From the NCBI RefSeq assembly GCF_009914755.1, contig NC_060926.1: DNA of 64,000 nucleotides. One strand, given 5' to 3'. This DNA comes from the human T2T-CHM13v2.0 reference genome, Homo sapiens. The notes under the pieces were generated by a model. That model was not told where the DNA came from, searched no databases, and saw only the letters and a list, made by a program, of their open reading frames with translations. Both the position numbers and the translations under genes were made by a program. Shown piece after piece: positions 30,052 to 45,543 of this stretch (positions within the stretch are counted from its first letter, which is position 1; the number at the start of each line of letters is the position of its first letter).

Positions 30052-31534
30052 CTAAGTCTTTCCCTAGACATGTTCCACTGGACCCATAGGATGCTCAATG
30101 GAAAAGCAGATCTGCAGTCACAATTTTAGGGGAAGCTGTGCACACTATTTGTCCTATTGGAGATATAAAATACACATTGGCATATTCAGGGTTCTGTAGT
30201 AAAGAAACCAGACTACCTTTGTTCACCTAAGTGTTTTCTCAAACATTTTTGGTATCAGGATTATTTTCCCATAACACTTACTGATATCACATAGGACCCA
30301 TATTATAAATAATATAGTCTAGGAAATACTATATTGGGTGCTCTTTAAGGTCCCCTTTTGCTTCAACAGTCCCTGGATCTAGGATTAATTCTGGCTACAG
30401 CGTTAACTTTTTTCAGAGCTCCTATAGGCTTCCCTTTCCAAAAACTGTTGCCTTTCATTTCTTAGCAATGTGATACTCTGCCAATGTAATTTGCTGACTT
30501 TTCATACTGGAGATATGGTGGCCAATTAAGTAAGTCGCAAATTCTCCTAAAGGAATTAAAATGACACAGTGATCACCAATCTTTGGATGACAATTATAAT
30601 TATGGTCTTGAAGTAAAGCAGGGGCAAATGCAGACACATTTTAAGGTTACTACTGGTTTTTATAATCCAAAGATTTCTTCACACATGCCAAAATAGAGGA
30701 TACTATTCCTCCTCAGCATTACTACATCTGTGCAGTATCAATTGAACATGTTTAATAAAGTAAACAGTGTTTAGAAAATGCTAAGTACAAGGTAACCTTA
30801 TCCATCCAGACTGCCTGTTTAAAATTCCAGGTTATCTTACCAATTATATAAAAAGATAAAGTGTTTATCCTACTGAGATAATGGTAAGGCAAGGCTGTCT
30901 TTCCAGTCATGGAGCTGTTTGAAATCTCTGACCTGGGTACAAGTCCTAAGGTAGCTCAGTATATTAGTTGCTTTTACAGATGCAAATATCTTTTCTTGAT
31001 TCCAGCTATTTCAGATGTAACAAACCATATTATATGTACAACTACTCAATGATCAACCCTCTCAGCAGCTAAAATCCCTCAAATTTAATAGGACACAAGA
31101 ATTTTCTCTAGTAATTATTAGAATAAATGTTAATAAACTTATTTTCATAAAGATAAAATTTCTCCAATAAATCTCTTGCATTTGTAATTCCATTTAGGTG
31201 TCTGCTTCCCAGAAGACCAAACTGATATAACTATCCTTATAAGATTGTTCCAAAAATTGGAAATAATAACATAGTTCCCGGCTTTTGATAGCTAGACAAC
31301 AAAGATTATCTTCCTTCAACTGTGAAACATTAGAAGGTCAGGGCTGGGCAATACATTCCTCTGTCTGTTCAGTGCCTTAATCATACATTCCACTGTGTAA
31401 TTGGGCTTCACTAACAGGCAGCGTGAAGTGAAACTTAACAGAGCACGCCATGCTCCAAGCTATCAAATTATCTTCAGGGTAGGTAACCAGGTACATGTGT
31501 GTATGGGTGGATGGGTTAGGGGGTAGGAAATTGT

Positions 31535-32120
31535 CTTTGGAGCCAGATAGATCTAGAATAGATTGAATCCTAATTTGCTATGTCACCTTAGGGAAATCGT
31601 TTAATGTCTCTGTTTTCAGTTGCCTAAACTATAAAATGGAGATAATATGGCCTATCTCACCAGGTAACTGTGAAGATTAGAGATAATCTATGTAAAGCAT
31701 CTAGCACACTGTGTGGCCAACTGTAAGCATCTAATGAAAGGATGCATTATTACTCTTATCGTCTGAACATCCTTTCATTTATTCACTCATTCCACAAATA
31801 TATATTATGGGTCTACTATGATAGGGAACTGACATACAACAGTGAGCCAGAGGGGCACGGGTTCTTACAGAGTCTACTGGACCAGACATGACGTCACACA
31901 AAGTGTATCCAGTAATTATAATAAGAAAACTTAGACGGTGCTTCTTATGTTCCTGGCGCTGTTCTAACAGCTTTACCACATATTCACTCACTCAATCCTT
32001 ACACCAATCCCATGAGATAGGTACTTGCCCAAGATTACATAACTAGTCAGTGTGGATTCAAAACCCAAATATCTGGCTCCAGAGTCTGTGCTTTTACAGG
32101 TTATGCTGTGTTGCCCTCTC
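31535..32120. mobile_element. MIR fragments (two, opposite orientation)
   Basis: MIR core motifs (aatgtctctgttttcagttgcctaaactataaaatggagataat; ggattcaaaacccaaatatctggctccagag). Confidence 0.6.
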
Positions 32121-32884
32121 TAAACATTTGAATCAGATTTCATGCTTCCATAGAGCTTAAACAATCCTACACAAGTGTATAAAACAATCTAGTGAATCCA
32201 TTGAGTAAGAAGGACAGTTATTTCCTTTACAGAAACATAGGCACAGAAATAGTAAGTCAGTGGGAAAAGTGGAGAGACTGGCCACTGGGGACCCAGTGCC
32301 ATGTGATAGCAGTTCCATCTCCCACCCCATCCCACCATTGCTCACCTTCTAACCCAGCAGCTGTTTTCTGGCAATGGCACTAGAAGAAGAGTTGCTATAA
32401 TTTCGTTTTTCATCTGACTCAGCCCTGACTCTTTCATCTACTATAACCACAGGGCCTCTCTAGTTCCAATCAATTCTTGACCTTCAGTGTCATAATCTTT
32501 TATGCCTGCTGGAATTTTCTTGCAGAAGAGTTAAAGGAAGATCAAATTGGTATGTTTTCTTTTGTTCTTTTCTTAAGCGTATCCATGTGACTGGAGGCTG
32601 AATGCTAAGTGGTTTGCTGCATGTTTGCAAAGCAAACAAGGTAGCAGTGAGAAGAACAGACCCCGGACACTAAGTTCATTTCTTATTACAAGGCAAACAC
32701 CATCCACATCTGGATGCCTGAATACAAGCAACGTAACAGCAGCAGTTTGTTCCAAGAAATCTTTTAGATGACAACATACCATCATCACCATCATTTTAGA
32801 ATGAAAACAACAATATGAAGAAAAAAAAACCCACCCTCTTCTAACTAGTCAAGAATGATGAAGACAAAAAATGATCATACTTAC

Positions 32885-32980
32885 TGGGGGGCATTGTGCA
32901 AGTTTATCAGCTGCCACCAGTTGAACATTCAAGTGTTTACTTTGTGACTTTCCTCTAGATTTAATCAACCGCTGTAAAAC
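32885..32980 (-). CDS. CACNB4: CACNB4 exon 12 ([32 protein letters not shown])
   Basis: CAG| acceptor and |GTAAGT donor, 96 nt, conserved GK sequence. Confidence 0.97.
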
Positions 32981-34639
32981 CTGATAGAAGAAGACATGAA
33001 CCTGAGGTATTGTAGATGAGTTGAAAGAAAATCAAATAAGCCAGGATCTTTTTAATGGTCTGCTTGGCCCTGAGTATTATCAGAGAGGAAATGCAGTGTG
33101 AGAAATCATATATTTAAACCTGTAATGATGTCATCTGCTTACATTGGCTCTCAGTTCCATGGATTTGATATGTTCATCCTATTCTAACTCTGTGTGAAGT
33201 CTCAGGAGGAGCCTGAGTTCCCATCCTAGATTTTTCCCAGAGATTTCAAAGAGAGACCTGTAAAAATGGAGGGAGTGGACTGTACCAGGTCATTTATGTT
33301 AAGTAATACTTTAATATTATTCACCTGAATAATGTTTTAGCTCACTATCTCCATGTCAGATAAATGTCAGAGTCATTTTCTGGTTATTTTTGTCACCGAT
33401 TATTAATGGGACATTTCAGTTTAATTTTAAATTAATCAGACTATTCTGTGATTGGAGACCCAGGCAAAACATTTGTATTAGTATATTGCTACATGTAAAC
33501 CAGTGATATATCTATGTCTTTTGGCCACTGCTGTAACTGCATTTGGTCATATACTGCCATGTCCCATGGCCCTTCCCCTGCAAACAATGCTAATCTATGA
33601 GCTCTATAATACCCCAGGACATAGGTGTCTGGGAACTCCTGTTCTTGCACTTAAGGACACCACAGTGTCATGGGCAGTGGGAAGGGCTGAACTCTCCTGC
33701 ACTGCAGTGAAGTGCTTGAACCCCCAGCAGCTCTTTCAATCCATTCTACTGATTCTCAAAAGGCCCTAGTTTGTTCAGGATTCCCAAGTCCACTGCACCA
33801 AAGCAGTGTCTGCAGAGATAGATGGAAGGCTAGGATCTCAGAACATCTGGAGGAGAGTACAGCTTCTTTAGACATTCTCCACCCATGAGAGAAGACTGCC
33901 ATGCTGGTTGGCAGTTGAATTTGTATTTAGGCACCAAAATACACTAGGAGGCACAGAGAAGAAACTGATTATTAAGATAGTACTTCCCAAGGGTAACCAT
34001 TTCACGTTAACTTTTTAAGAACAACATCCTTTTTTAAAAATGAAAGAACACCCAAATCAAAAGAAACCAATTTGGGGCTATTTCACTTTTATTTTTACCT
34101 CCCACAATGGCATAAAGATACAAAGCAAATTTCCCATTGTGCTTATCGTGGAATAACCACATTCTTTCAAGAACTCAACCTAAGCACAAATGTCAGGGTC
34201 TATAATGCTTCCATAGGAGATGTTTAAACAGTGATATTCTATTTTATATATGATCAACATAGATGCCTTTTTTGATCAATATAGATGTACTCTCTCAACT
34301 AGGTACAGAGTATGGATGACACAGGAATCAACAGGATCCAAGAAATTTACCAATATAGAATTCATAGTCTATGATAAGCCAGAGTCTACTTTTCCACATC
34401 TGTCTTAATGTTTTGTTTCTATTATACACTTGCATAACTGTCTTGTTTGGGATCTACAATAGTAGCTTTTAGAAGAAATGAACTATTATATTCTTCACTA
34501 TCTGAAAATTCATAGAATCTGTACACTGTGGAAAGATTTTAAATGTGCTTATTAATAATCAGCAAGACGTTCTCCTTTGTCCACTAACAAAAAACCACAG
34601 AGCAAAACACATTTTTAAAAGATGCACTTCTAAACCTTA

Positions 34640-34813
<174 letters not shown>

Positions 34814-35690
34814 TTAAAGGAAAAATAATAAATAGATCCCGGTTATTGTTATGAATTAGTTCTTACATTAGAAAGATATAGTATATTTTCAGATATGTTG
34901 GTCTACATTACAAAATAAAACATTTTAAATTTTCATAGTCCTGTCTAATTTAAGACATTTTCTAAATATAGACAGAGATGGGTTGAGTTTTGCATACAAC
35001 CAGTTGGTAGAAACGTCTGAGATGGCTCTCTTAATTTGCTTCTTCTAGTCAATATAATATTTAGCTGTTTATATAACTACGATGATTATTTTATGTTGTT
35101 TTTGATTGTTGTTTTGTTCTAAAGAACTTTAATGTTAGCCATAGAAGCTAAAAGCACATTTAGAAAACAACTGAAATATATGTGCAAAGCAACATCACAT
35201 GGAAAGCAAATTACACTGAAATATTTCTATCAACGAAGTATAAACTAATACTTTGTGGACATGCTTCTTTTAAAAAAACCCCACAACTCATCTGTTTTGA
35301 CTGATATGCATATTTTTGTACCACTGGTTAATTGTTCTGAGTCTACCCTTAAAACTAATCATATTACTAAGTCTAGTTAGATTTAAGTACGAAAGCCAAT
35401 GTACTTGTTCTAAGGCATAATTAGCTTCAGTATTAAAAAAAAAAAAGTAAGGCCAATTATATTAAAACGCTGCAATGCATCTAGATGCAAATCTATCTGG
35501 CTGGCTGTAATAGCCAAGTGACCCAAATCTGTGCATGAGTCTAGTCAAATGAAAAATCTACTCTTTTCAAATGTCTGAAGCAATCCAGTTTTTTTTTTTT
35601 TTTTTAAGGAAAACAGATAATCAACATAGGACATGGCTTTCTGAAATATAAAAAAGTTTTATATATATATATATTTTATAAATTACCTGA

Positions 35691-36051
<361 letters not shown>

Positions 36052-36149
36052 GATTTTGTTTTTTATTTTTATTTTTTGGCTATAGGTGTGACCAAACAAT
36101 GCTGTAATCTGGTCCAAAGTACATACAGTACACAAAACTATCTAACTTA

Positions 36150-36452
<303 letters not shown>

Positions 36453-39400
36453 TTAAACGACCCTAAAGATGGCCTAGGGAAAAAGGTAATGTTGCTCTAA
36501 ATATCCTCATTGAAAAGTGTTTGTGATTTGCTTTGCTTATTTAGTATAAATTCAAGTTCACATAGCCCACCAAAAAATTCTCCCTTCCTTAACCAAAAGG
36601 ATTGACAAGGTGTGCAGGGTCATGAATACTCAAGACTATCATGAAAATCTATTTTCTTATGTTTTGCATGATTGCATAAAATTCTTATTTCCCATAGAAT
36701 CACTGAAGTTTAAGGCATGATCTGTATTAAAAAGGATTAATTTGAAGAGTCAACATATCACTTTTCATGTTATCCAATACCAATGGCCTGAAAGACTTCA
36801 CATTGCTTGGAAAGGTGACTAGCTTTCAGAATATTAATGAAAACAAGTGGGCTTATTTGTCAAATTCTTCTGAAATCATATTCTACATTTGTTAGTAATG
36901 TAGCATATTTGTCCCCTTTTCTCTCACATGGCAGAAACAGTTTTAAAAGAAATTTTCTTCAGAAGGAAGTTTGGAAAATAAAGTCAATTTTTACTGTAGT
37001 AAATTTCAGCCTCAGGATGTCAGGGTATGTTTCCCATTTGCTGTTTTCATTAAACTGTCACTGGCTTATGGGAGCTCCTGGCCAGGACTACATGTGAGCA
37101 AGCCTATGTTTTCTTAAGCTTCAAATATGAATACAATATTTTCAGAAGCAGCAGAAAGACATTGATGTGAACTGGACTGCCCTGGTACAAATAACCCTCA
37201 AGGCACTCTGAGTTTCTGTGTAAATGACTCAGAAATACCTGGGCCTTATTTACTCTGCACCAGCAATGAGGTTAAGTGTGGTTTCTGCCAGGAGCAAGGG
37301 CAGCCATACCTACTGCTTAAACAACACAAAACTCTTAGGCAACAGGCACTTGGGCAGAGGAAGAGAGGTGCTTGGGCAGAACAAGCCAGCAGGGATGCTG
37401 GAGAAGGCCACATTAAATACTGGGGTGAGCCCAATGTTTGGATAATATGTATACAGAATGTAATAAATATATTTTATCTGTGAGGCATATTTATCTATAT
37501 AGCTCTTTTTTTGTTTTTTAAAGAAAAAGATCTCAACCAAATCAAAAAATCTTGGCTACCTGGACTGATTCTCAGAGGGGTTCCAAATAAGTTTTCCTCA
37601 TAATCCTATTCCAGTCAAATGGAGCCCTGGGGAGTCATGGACTATGATGCTGGAGGACCTCGATGAACACTTCTATAAACTGACCATGATGATTTGGGCC
37701 CACCTCTCTCCAGGATCCCTGTCACAAATTATATCCCTTATACTCAAACCTGTTCATATTTCTCCCATGCTTAAAACACTTCAATGGCTCCCCAGGGTCC
37801 AAAGCAACATTTCCCAAAGTGAGTACTCTGGAACAATAATCTCATAAGATATCCTATGGGAAGAAGGGGGTTTTGTGTAAGGGTTATATTGCATACTATA
37901 ATAGCTTCTCTTTAGAATTTCAAACATGCATTATCCTTCATATCTTCAAGGCTCTAAGTCTTGCAGAGAAGAAACCTGTCAGTTTAATTCATCATTTCCA
38001 AATTTATTTGACAATGGAAAACATTCTGAATGTAACAACTGTTACTATGTTGTAAAATTAACATTGCATGGGATCTATTTTGGAGTTCTCTTTAGCAAGG
38101 TGCATTAGAACCCCAACACATTGGCCTCAATCTTTTTCAATCTCTTCTGTTCCTCTCAAATCACACCACCAACTTCCCTGTTCTAAGCATGCTATACACA
38201 AATCTACTTGTTTCTCAACAACATATTTTTGTTTACATGTCAATGTCTTTGTACATTCCTGCCTGCCTTGAAGAACCAGCTCAAATATAACTTCTGAGAA
38301 GTCTTCTCACACATCTCTTAACCCCTACTCTTCTTTATACCCCTAGTTCCTTGTTCATAATTCCACTGTCACAGGTATTCTAACCATCTGTCTCTTCTGT
38401 CTCTTTGCCCATGGGTAAGATACTGTGTGTGGGTTATGTCTTTATTTCCTAAGTCTAGCACAATGCATGGCACATAACAAGTGTTCAATAAACATTTGAT
38501 GAAGGAATCTACAAATGTGCATTAACAAGCACACAAATGGATCACATTGTGGTTATTATAAAATTAATAGATTGCCATGAAATTAATTCCAATGGTTGTG
38601 GGTTTATGACTTTACAGAGTAAAGGTAAAAACCATGAGGTGAGATATACTTTGTTTCTTCTTGTTTACACTAACATGCCCCCCATCCACCCCACTGACTC
38701 TGACAGCAGGTGAATGGATTGTAAGGAATGACTTCAGTGAATACACATGAAGCCCTTGGCAGGTGTCAATGGTTAAAGGAGTCAGACAACCTGGCTTAAG
38801 CTTTTAATTATCTTTTAGCCTCTCACCATACATTAGAAGGAGTACTTAAAAGCCAAAGACACTATAAGGAGTTACAAAATGGGTAGAAAACAGGAGAGCA
38901 GAGAATTGATGTTTGTTTGAGAAACTTCAACCTAACTTAATGTCCCTGTCACCCATGATATTTAACTTTAGTCATTACCTAATAGGATTCACCATCAACA
39001 CTGCCATTGTACCTCTTCAAGGTCAAAATACTGTGCCTTTGAGCATGTTTCCCTCTGCATGTGGAAGGCTCTAAATACAAGACAAAAGAAGGGACCACTA
39101 ATCGCTGGGATCTTCCCCTCACAAGCACTGACCACTACTCTATTTGGTATGTTTAGTAATCCTTCACAAAGCAACCATCCCACATTTATTAGCAATTATC
39201 ACATGCCAATCCCATGTCAGGAACACACAGATAATATTTTGTACCTTCTTTACAAATTGCACGATCTTTGGCTCAAGGTCAGTGGGTTCTTAATGTGATG
39301 TTAGGGCATGCACTCTGTCTTGGAAATCTTAATTTTATTTTTCTATTATCTATAGAGCTAATTTCAACAGTTTAAAAAATGTAAGGCATGGAAGAGCCCT

Positions 39401-40100
39401 ATTTATCCTTCCTAGTTAAAACAAGTTGCCCTCAGAATATGAATGTAAAGAGAATCCTAGGAAGTCATGAGTGGACTACACCACCCTTGGCAATCGTGGA
39501 GACCATGAACAGGCTTTCCAGATGAACGATGTAATTCACCAGCACTATGGACTCGCTTCTGTGGGTTATGATCCATCCTCCACAGCCCTGCTCACCTATG
39601 GCTTGACGGAGCTACTCACTTACAGCCTTTATTCTTCTCCATCATGGGGAATTTTAGGATGCTTTCCAACTGGTACCCCAGGAAAGACATGTTTAAAGTC
39701 CCTGCATGTTACTAATGGTCATTGCCATTCACAACACCAAGAACACCGTTATCTAGCTTTTCTTCTAAAGATCTCAGAAGGCTGAACACCTCGTTTCCTT
39801 TTATGTCAGCTGTGACTCAGGTATGACAGATATCATTAGCCTTGTTGAGAAGCTGAGCAAAGTGGAGATGACTGGTTTCATGTAGTTAGGCAGGAAAAGA
39901 CTAGGAGAGCCCATTGAGGATTCTTTCCACCAGACTACTAATTAGCTAATTGACTAAAGCTGAGAGACAGCAAGCTCTCGCTACTGCAAGACTCTGCTGC
40001 CTTCTTGTCCATAGCTAGCATTCTTTTTAGGTACTCAGTGCTCCCCCGTTCAGAATGGGGAACAAATTGAAAAAGACATTCACAAATGCACCATGTGTCA

Positions 40101-40301
<201 letters not shown>

Positions 40302-40810
40302 TTATGGGGCTCTCCAAGTGATTTATAACCACAGTACTTAATAACCAATTTACATGCTACAGGGGAACCACAGTATAACAAACATTGGCCACAAGTATTT
40401 TAAACAGGCTCTGGCTAGTATCAGAATGCAAGCAGAGCAGAATGGAGGAAGGTTTAAACTGTTTCACACACAAAAAAACCTACTCCAGTAAAAATGTTCT
40501 TCCTCCATTATGGCCTGCCTTGCTGAATTCCCTTTATAATATACACCACACCAGGAAGGAATCAAGACATATAAATAAACCATGCTCTTTCTAGGAAGCA
40601 GCAATACAATTTGCCACAATTCATAGTTGATTTGCTCTTGAACAAGACCTTCAGGAACTACAAATGCTTTGCTCTGGCATTTAATGATGCCAGTCAAAGC
40701 TGGGAAACCCTCTTCATTTTGATTATCAAAGACAATCTACCAGTCTGTGGCTAAGCTGCATTCTTTTGTGATACACACGTGATTCTCCACAGGCCCAAAG
40801 GGATACTTCA

Positions 40811-41356
<546 letters not shown>

Positions 41357-42499
41357 CTATTTGCATATGATTTATCAAATGAGAATATCTGCAACTTAGA
41401 ATTTAAAGACTATTTTAAACTGAGATTGCTCAACTTCCAATTATCTACCAGTAGAATTCAAAGCTTGCCTCTTTAGGCCAGTTACTGTCACCATGGGCCT
41501 TTCTCCATTCTCATCTTCACAGCATGGTTCCCAGAAAGGAGACAAGGAAAGTAGCACCCCTCCCCTTTTATACTCAGTTAGTACACCCATTCTCTTCTGT
41601 TTTCAAACTCTTTGGGGATTGAAGCAGGAAGGAGGGTAGAATTATCAATTACTGAAACATATGTCATTTCATACCTGTCTGGGGACAACACTGCCAGCTA
41701 TGTCAGGAGACTGTACCTGATTTCAGTGACCTAAAGCCTTGGAGAGAATTTAAAATAGTCCTTTCCTCAGATGGTTGGAAATCATTCTTTAAAACAACAG
41801 TCTGTGCAAAAGTTCTGGTGCCATTTTAAGCAAAGCACTGCTTGCCTGTGTCATTATGTTTATATGCTGTGGGTTGTCAGGAAGTTTTCAATTCTTAAAA
41901 TTTTAGAACTGTTAGACCCTTTTCATTATTTGATGCATCTTCAAAATTGTCTCCCGCAGAAACCAAGAGTTTTTGCAGATACACCTCAGGGACTGTTCTG
42001 AGGACTAAAGGGAGGTTCAGTGGGCTCCAGCTTCACTATCCTCAGTGCCAGGTAAACATGTCTGCATTTCTGTTTTCTGCATTGGGGCTTTATATATGAT
42101 TTCACTATAAAAAGCTGTTCAACTGCTAAAAGACACTGGAAAACACTGGTGTAACAACTTTTTCATCTTACCAAGAGGGAAACTGAGACACACACAGAAA
42201 GCTGCACATGGTTAGTTACAGCTCAGGTCTAAACTAGCCCCTGGGTATCGGGCCAGTGCCAAGTCACCTGACTCCACCATTCTCTTACAGTTCAGTGTTC
42301 TACAAGCCCGAATCTCAAGCTATGAGTCAAGTGGTCAAGCATGGATGCACAGTCAAGTCTTCGCCTTGCTCTGAGATAGTGAGAATTTAAATCAAGTTGA
42401 GGTAGAGTAAACCCACACCTGACTTTCTATTACTCCAGTTGGCCACTGCAGCTTTCAGGCATGAAGTCTCATAGGCAGCTCCTTTCCTCTCCAGAATAG

Positions 42500-42859
<360 letters not shown>

Positions 42860-45214
42860 TAAGAATGGAGCTGCTGGATAGAAACATACAGGCATGTTTC
42901 AGAGCAATCCAAATATATGACGAGAGACAAGTCGGTGGGTTTAGGGACAGAATTCAACTTTCTAGACCAATGATTTTTGGACTAATGATGTTTGGAGGGC
43001 CCAACAACCCAGAAAGTTGAATTCCAGTCTCCTTTAGTGAAAATAAAATTTTCTAGTTCTATACAAACAAGAGACTCTTGGTTCTTCAAATCTGAAGGGA
43101 TTATCATCAGATTCACACTTTTTTTTTCTGAGTTATAAAAGTACTTTTACAAAGCTATTTTCAAACACGACCAAAGTTTGAAAAAATTCAGAAAAAAACC
43201 TTTTCATGTGTTCCAATACAGGGAAAGATGCAGACAATAAAGGGCACGTTTTCTCATTTTATTTGCTAATACAAGTTAGTTTGCTAATACAAGTTATTGA
43301 TTAATAAAAATACACATGCATAAAACAGAGCTCAGAAGAAGACATGCACAGCCCTAGAAAACCTTCAGTAAGACAAAATAGGTGTTTCCCTTTTCTGTGC
43401 ATAGATGCTTATTATTATCAAAACCAGACACCAAACCCAAAATTCTTTTTTATAAAAGGCTCTCCAGAAAAGCAATCACATTCACAACTGAATACTATCT
43501 AGCTTATATACTTTTTTTAACTTAAAGTGGTATCCTTTCTACTTCTTTTCTTGCTATGCTGAGACCCCCTAGTCTCAGCTAGTCCCCCTAGTTTCAGCAT
43601 TCCCATGTACCTTGTTTGGTATACATCTCTAAAAAGTTCCCTTGGAAAACTTTCTGTGACTTGCTGGCCAGTAGGTAAAAGACTAATAGGAGTTTAGTTC
43701 CCCAGCAGACTGGATGTAGCAGCGAATGTTCCTGAAAACTAGCAAACATCATTCCCTAAATATAGTAAATCTGAACCCCAATTGTTGCTTATTTCCACTT
43801 TAGAATTCATCCTAACTGCTGCAATCCATCGTGAGTTGTATTAGTTTTCTGTGATTTTCTGTGGAAAGATATTACTTTCAGTTATGACAGATTCATCAAA
43901 AAATAATTTGTATTTCCACGCTGGTAACGTAACAGCTGTAAGATCTGTCTATATTCTATCCTTGCTACATCAAATATGCAGCCCAGACAGTATAATAATT
44001 TTTGAAAACTTCTGGTATTAGTAGGGAAGAGTGTTCCGAAGAATGCAACAGTGCACTTTCAGGAGAATGGAAAGGCACAGGAGACCCGAGTATCTTCCTG
44101 GATCTTTGTCTTGGTAGTTGCATGAGTCATTCCATCTTTTGACCTCAGTATCCTAATCAATAAAATGGCAATAGTAGCTTTGCCATAACTATCTCATGGG
44201 GTTGCCATTAAGAGCAAATAAGGTTATATATAAAAGCGCATTCTTAAATAATTATTCATAGTGTCCTCTGTTAATAAACACATATATAATGTACACAAGG
44301 CAAACAATTATTGGAGATTTAAAGACTCGAAGGAGATAGTTTCCTTATGTCCTACTCTCAAAAGTGGGCAGTCTACCATGACCCCTCTCATTCCCAGAGT
44401 CCGTGAAATGTGGGTGAGAGAATCAGGTCAGATACATTGTACTCAAAACCTACTAATTTAAATATTCAAGTTTGACACTCAAGTGTTCAATTAATTATTA
44501 CTGGTGTTTGAGTGGCTGTTTATGAGTCTGCATTTGAATAGAAAACAGTAGGAAGAATGCATAGGAGAATGAAGTTGATTACGAAACGGAAGTTGCTGCT
44601 GTTCTTTTTCCATTTGTTGACTGCAATTAGAAATTATCTTCATTCTTATATGGCTTGGTTGCCTTGTGACAGCACCAATTGTTCCCATTTCTTTTTATTA
44701 ATAAATACTATCGCTTTGAGTCTCCCTAAGTTGTATGTTTAGCTTCTTTTCTTTCAAATTCTTTCTCAAGCCCTTTTTTTCCCTTTATGTGTTCTTAGGC
44801 TAAAAGCATCCTTTAGCTTGAGATCCTATCTGTGTAGGTTACACGATGTTCATCTAAGATTTTTGGCCATGATCATTATCAGTTACAAATTGTCCAATAA
44901 ATGTCACAGAGTTGATCTGATCCAGTTGTCAAAAGCCTAAAGTAACAACTTTTTGGGGGATTTGAAAAGATTGGCATAGGTCAACAAACTGCAACTGGTT
45001 TGACTGCTGGCTGTTCAGCCTGTGAATGGTAGATTCAGCCAGCTGAACAAACCTCATCCAAATGGGTAATCCCCAATTAATATTTGTGGTGTGAAATGAA
45101 GAGAGAAGCTCCATGCCCATTGTGTATCCACTGTGTCGTCGTCAGCACAGGAATCATTGCTTCACGTAGATATTCAAAAATACAGAGGGCGCTCAGGAAC
45201 TGTTTAGTATTGTG

Positions 45215-45543
<329 letters not shown>

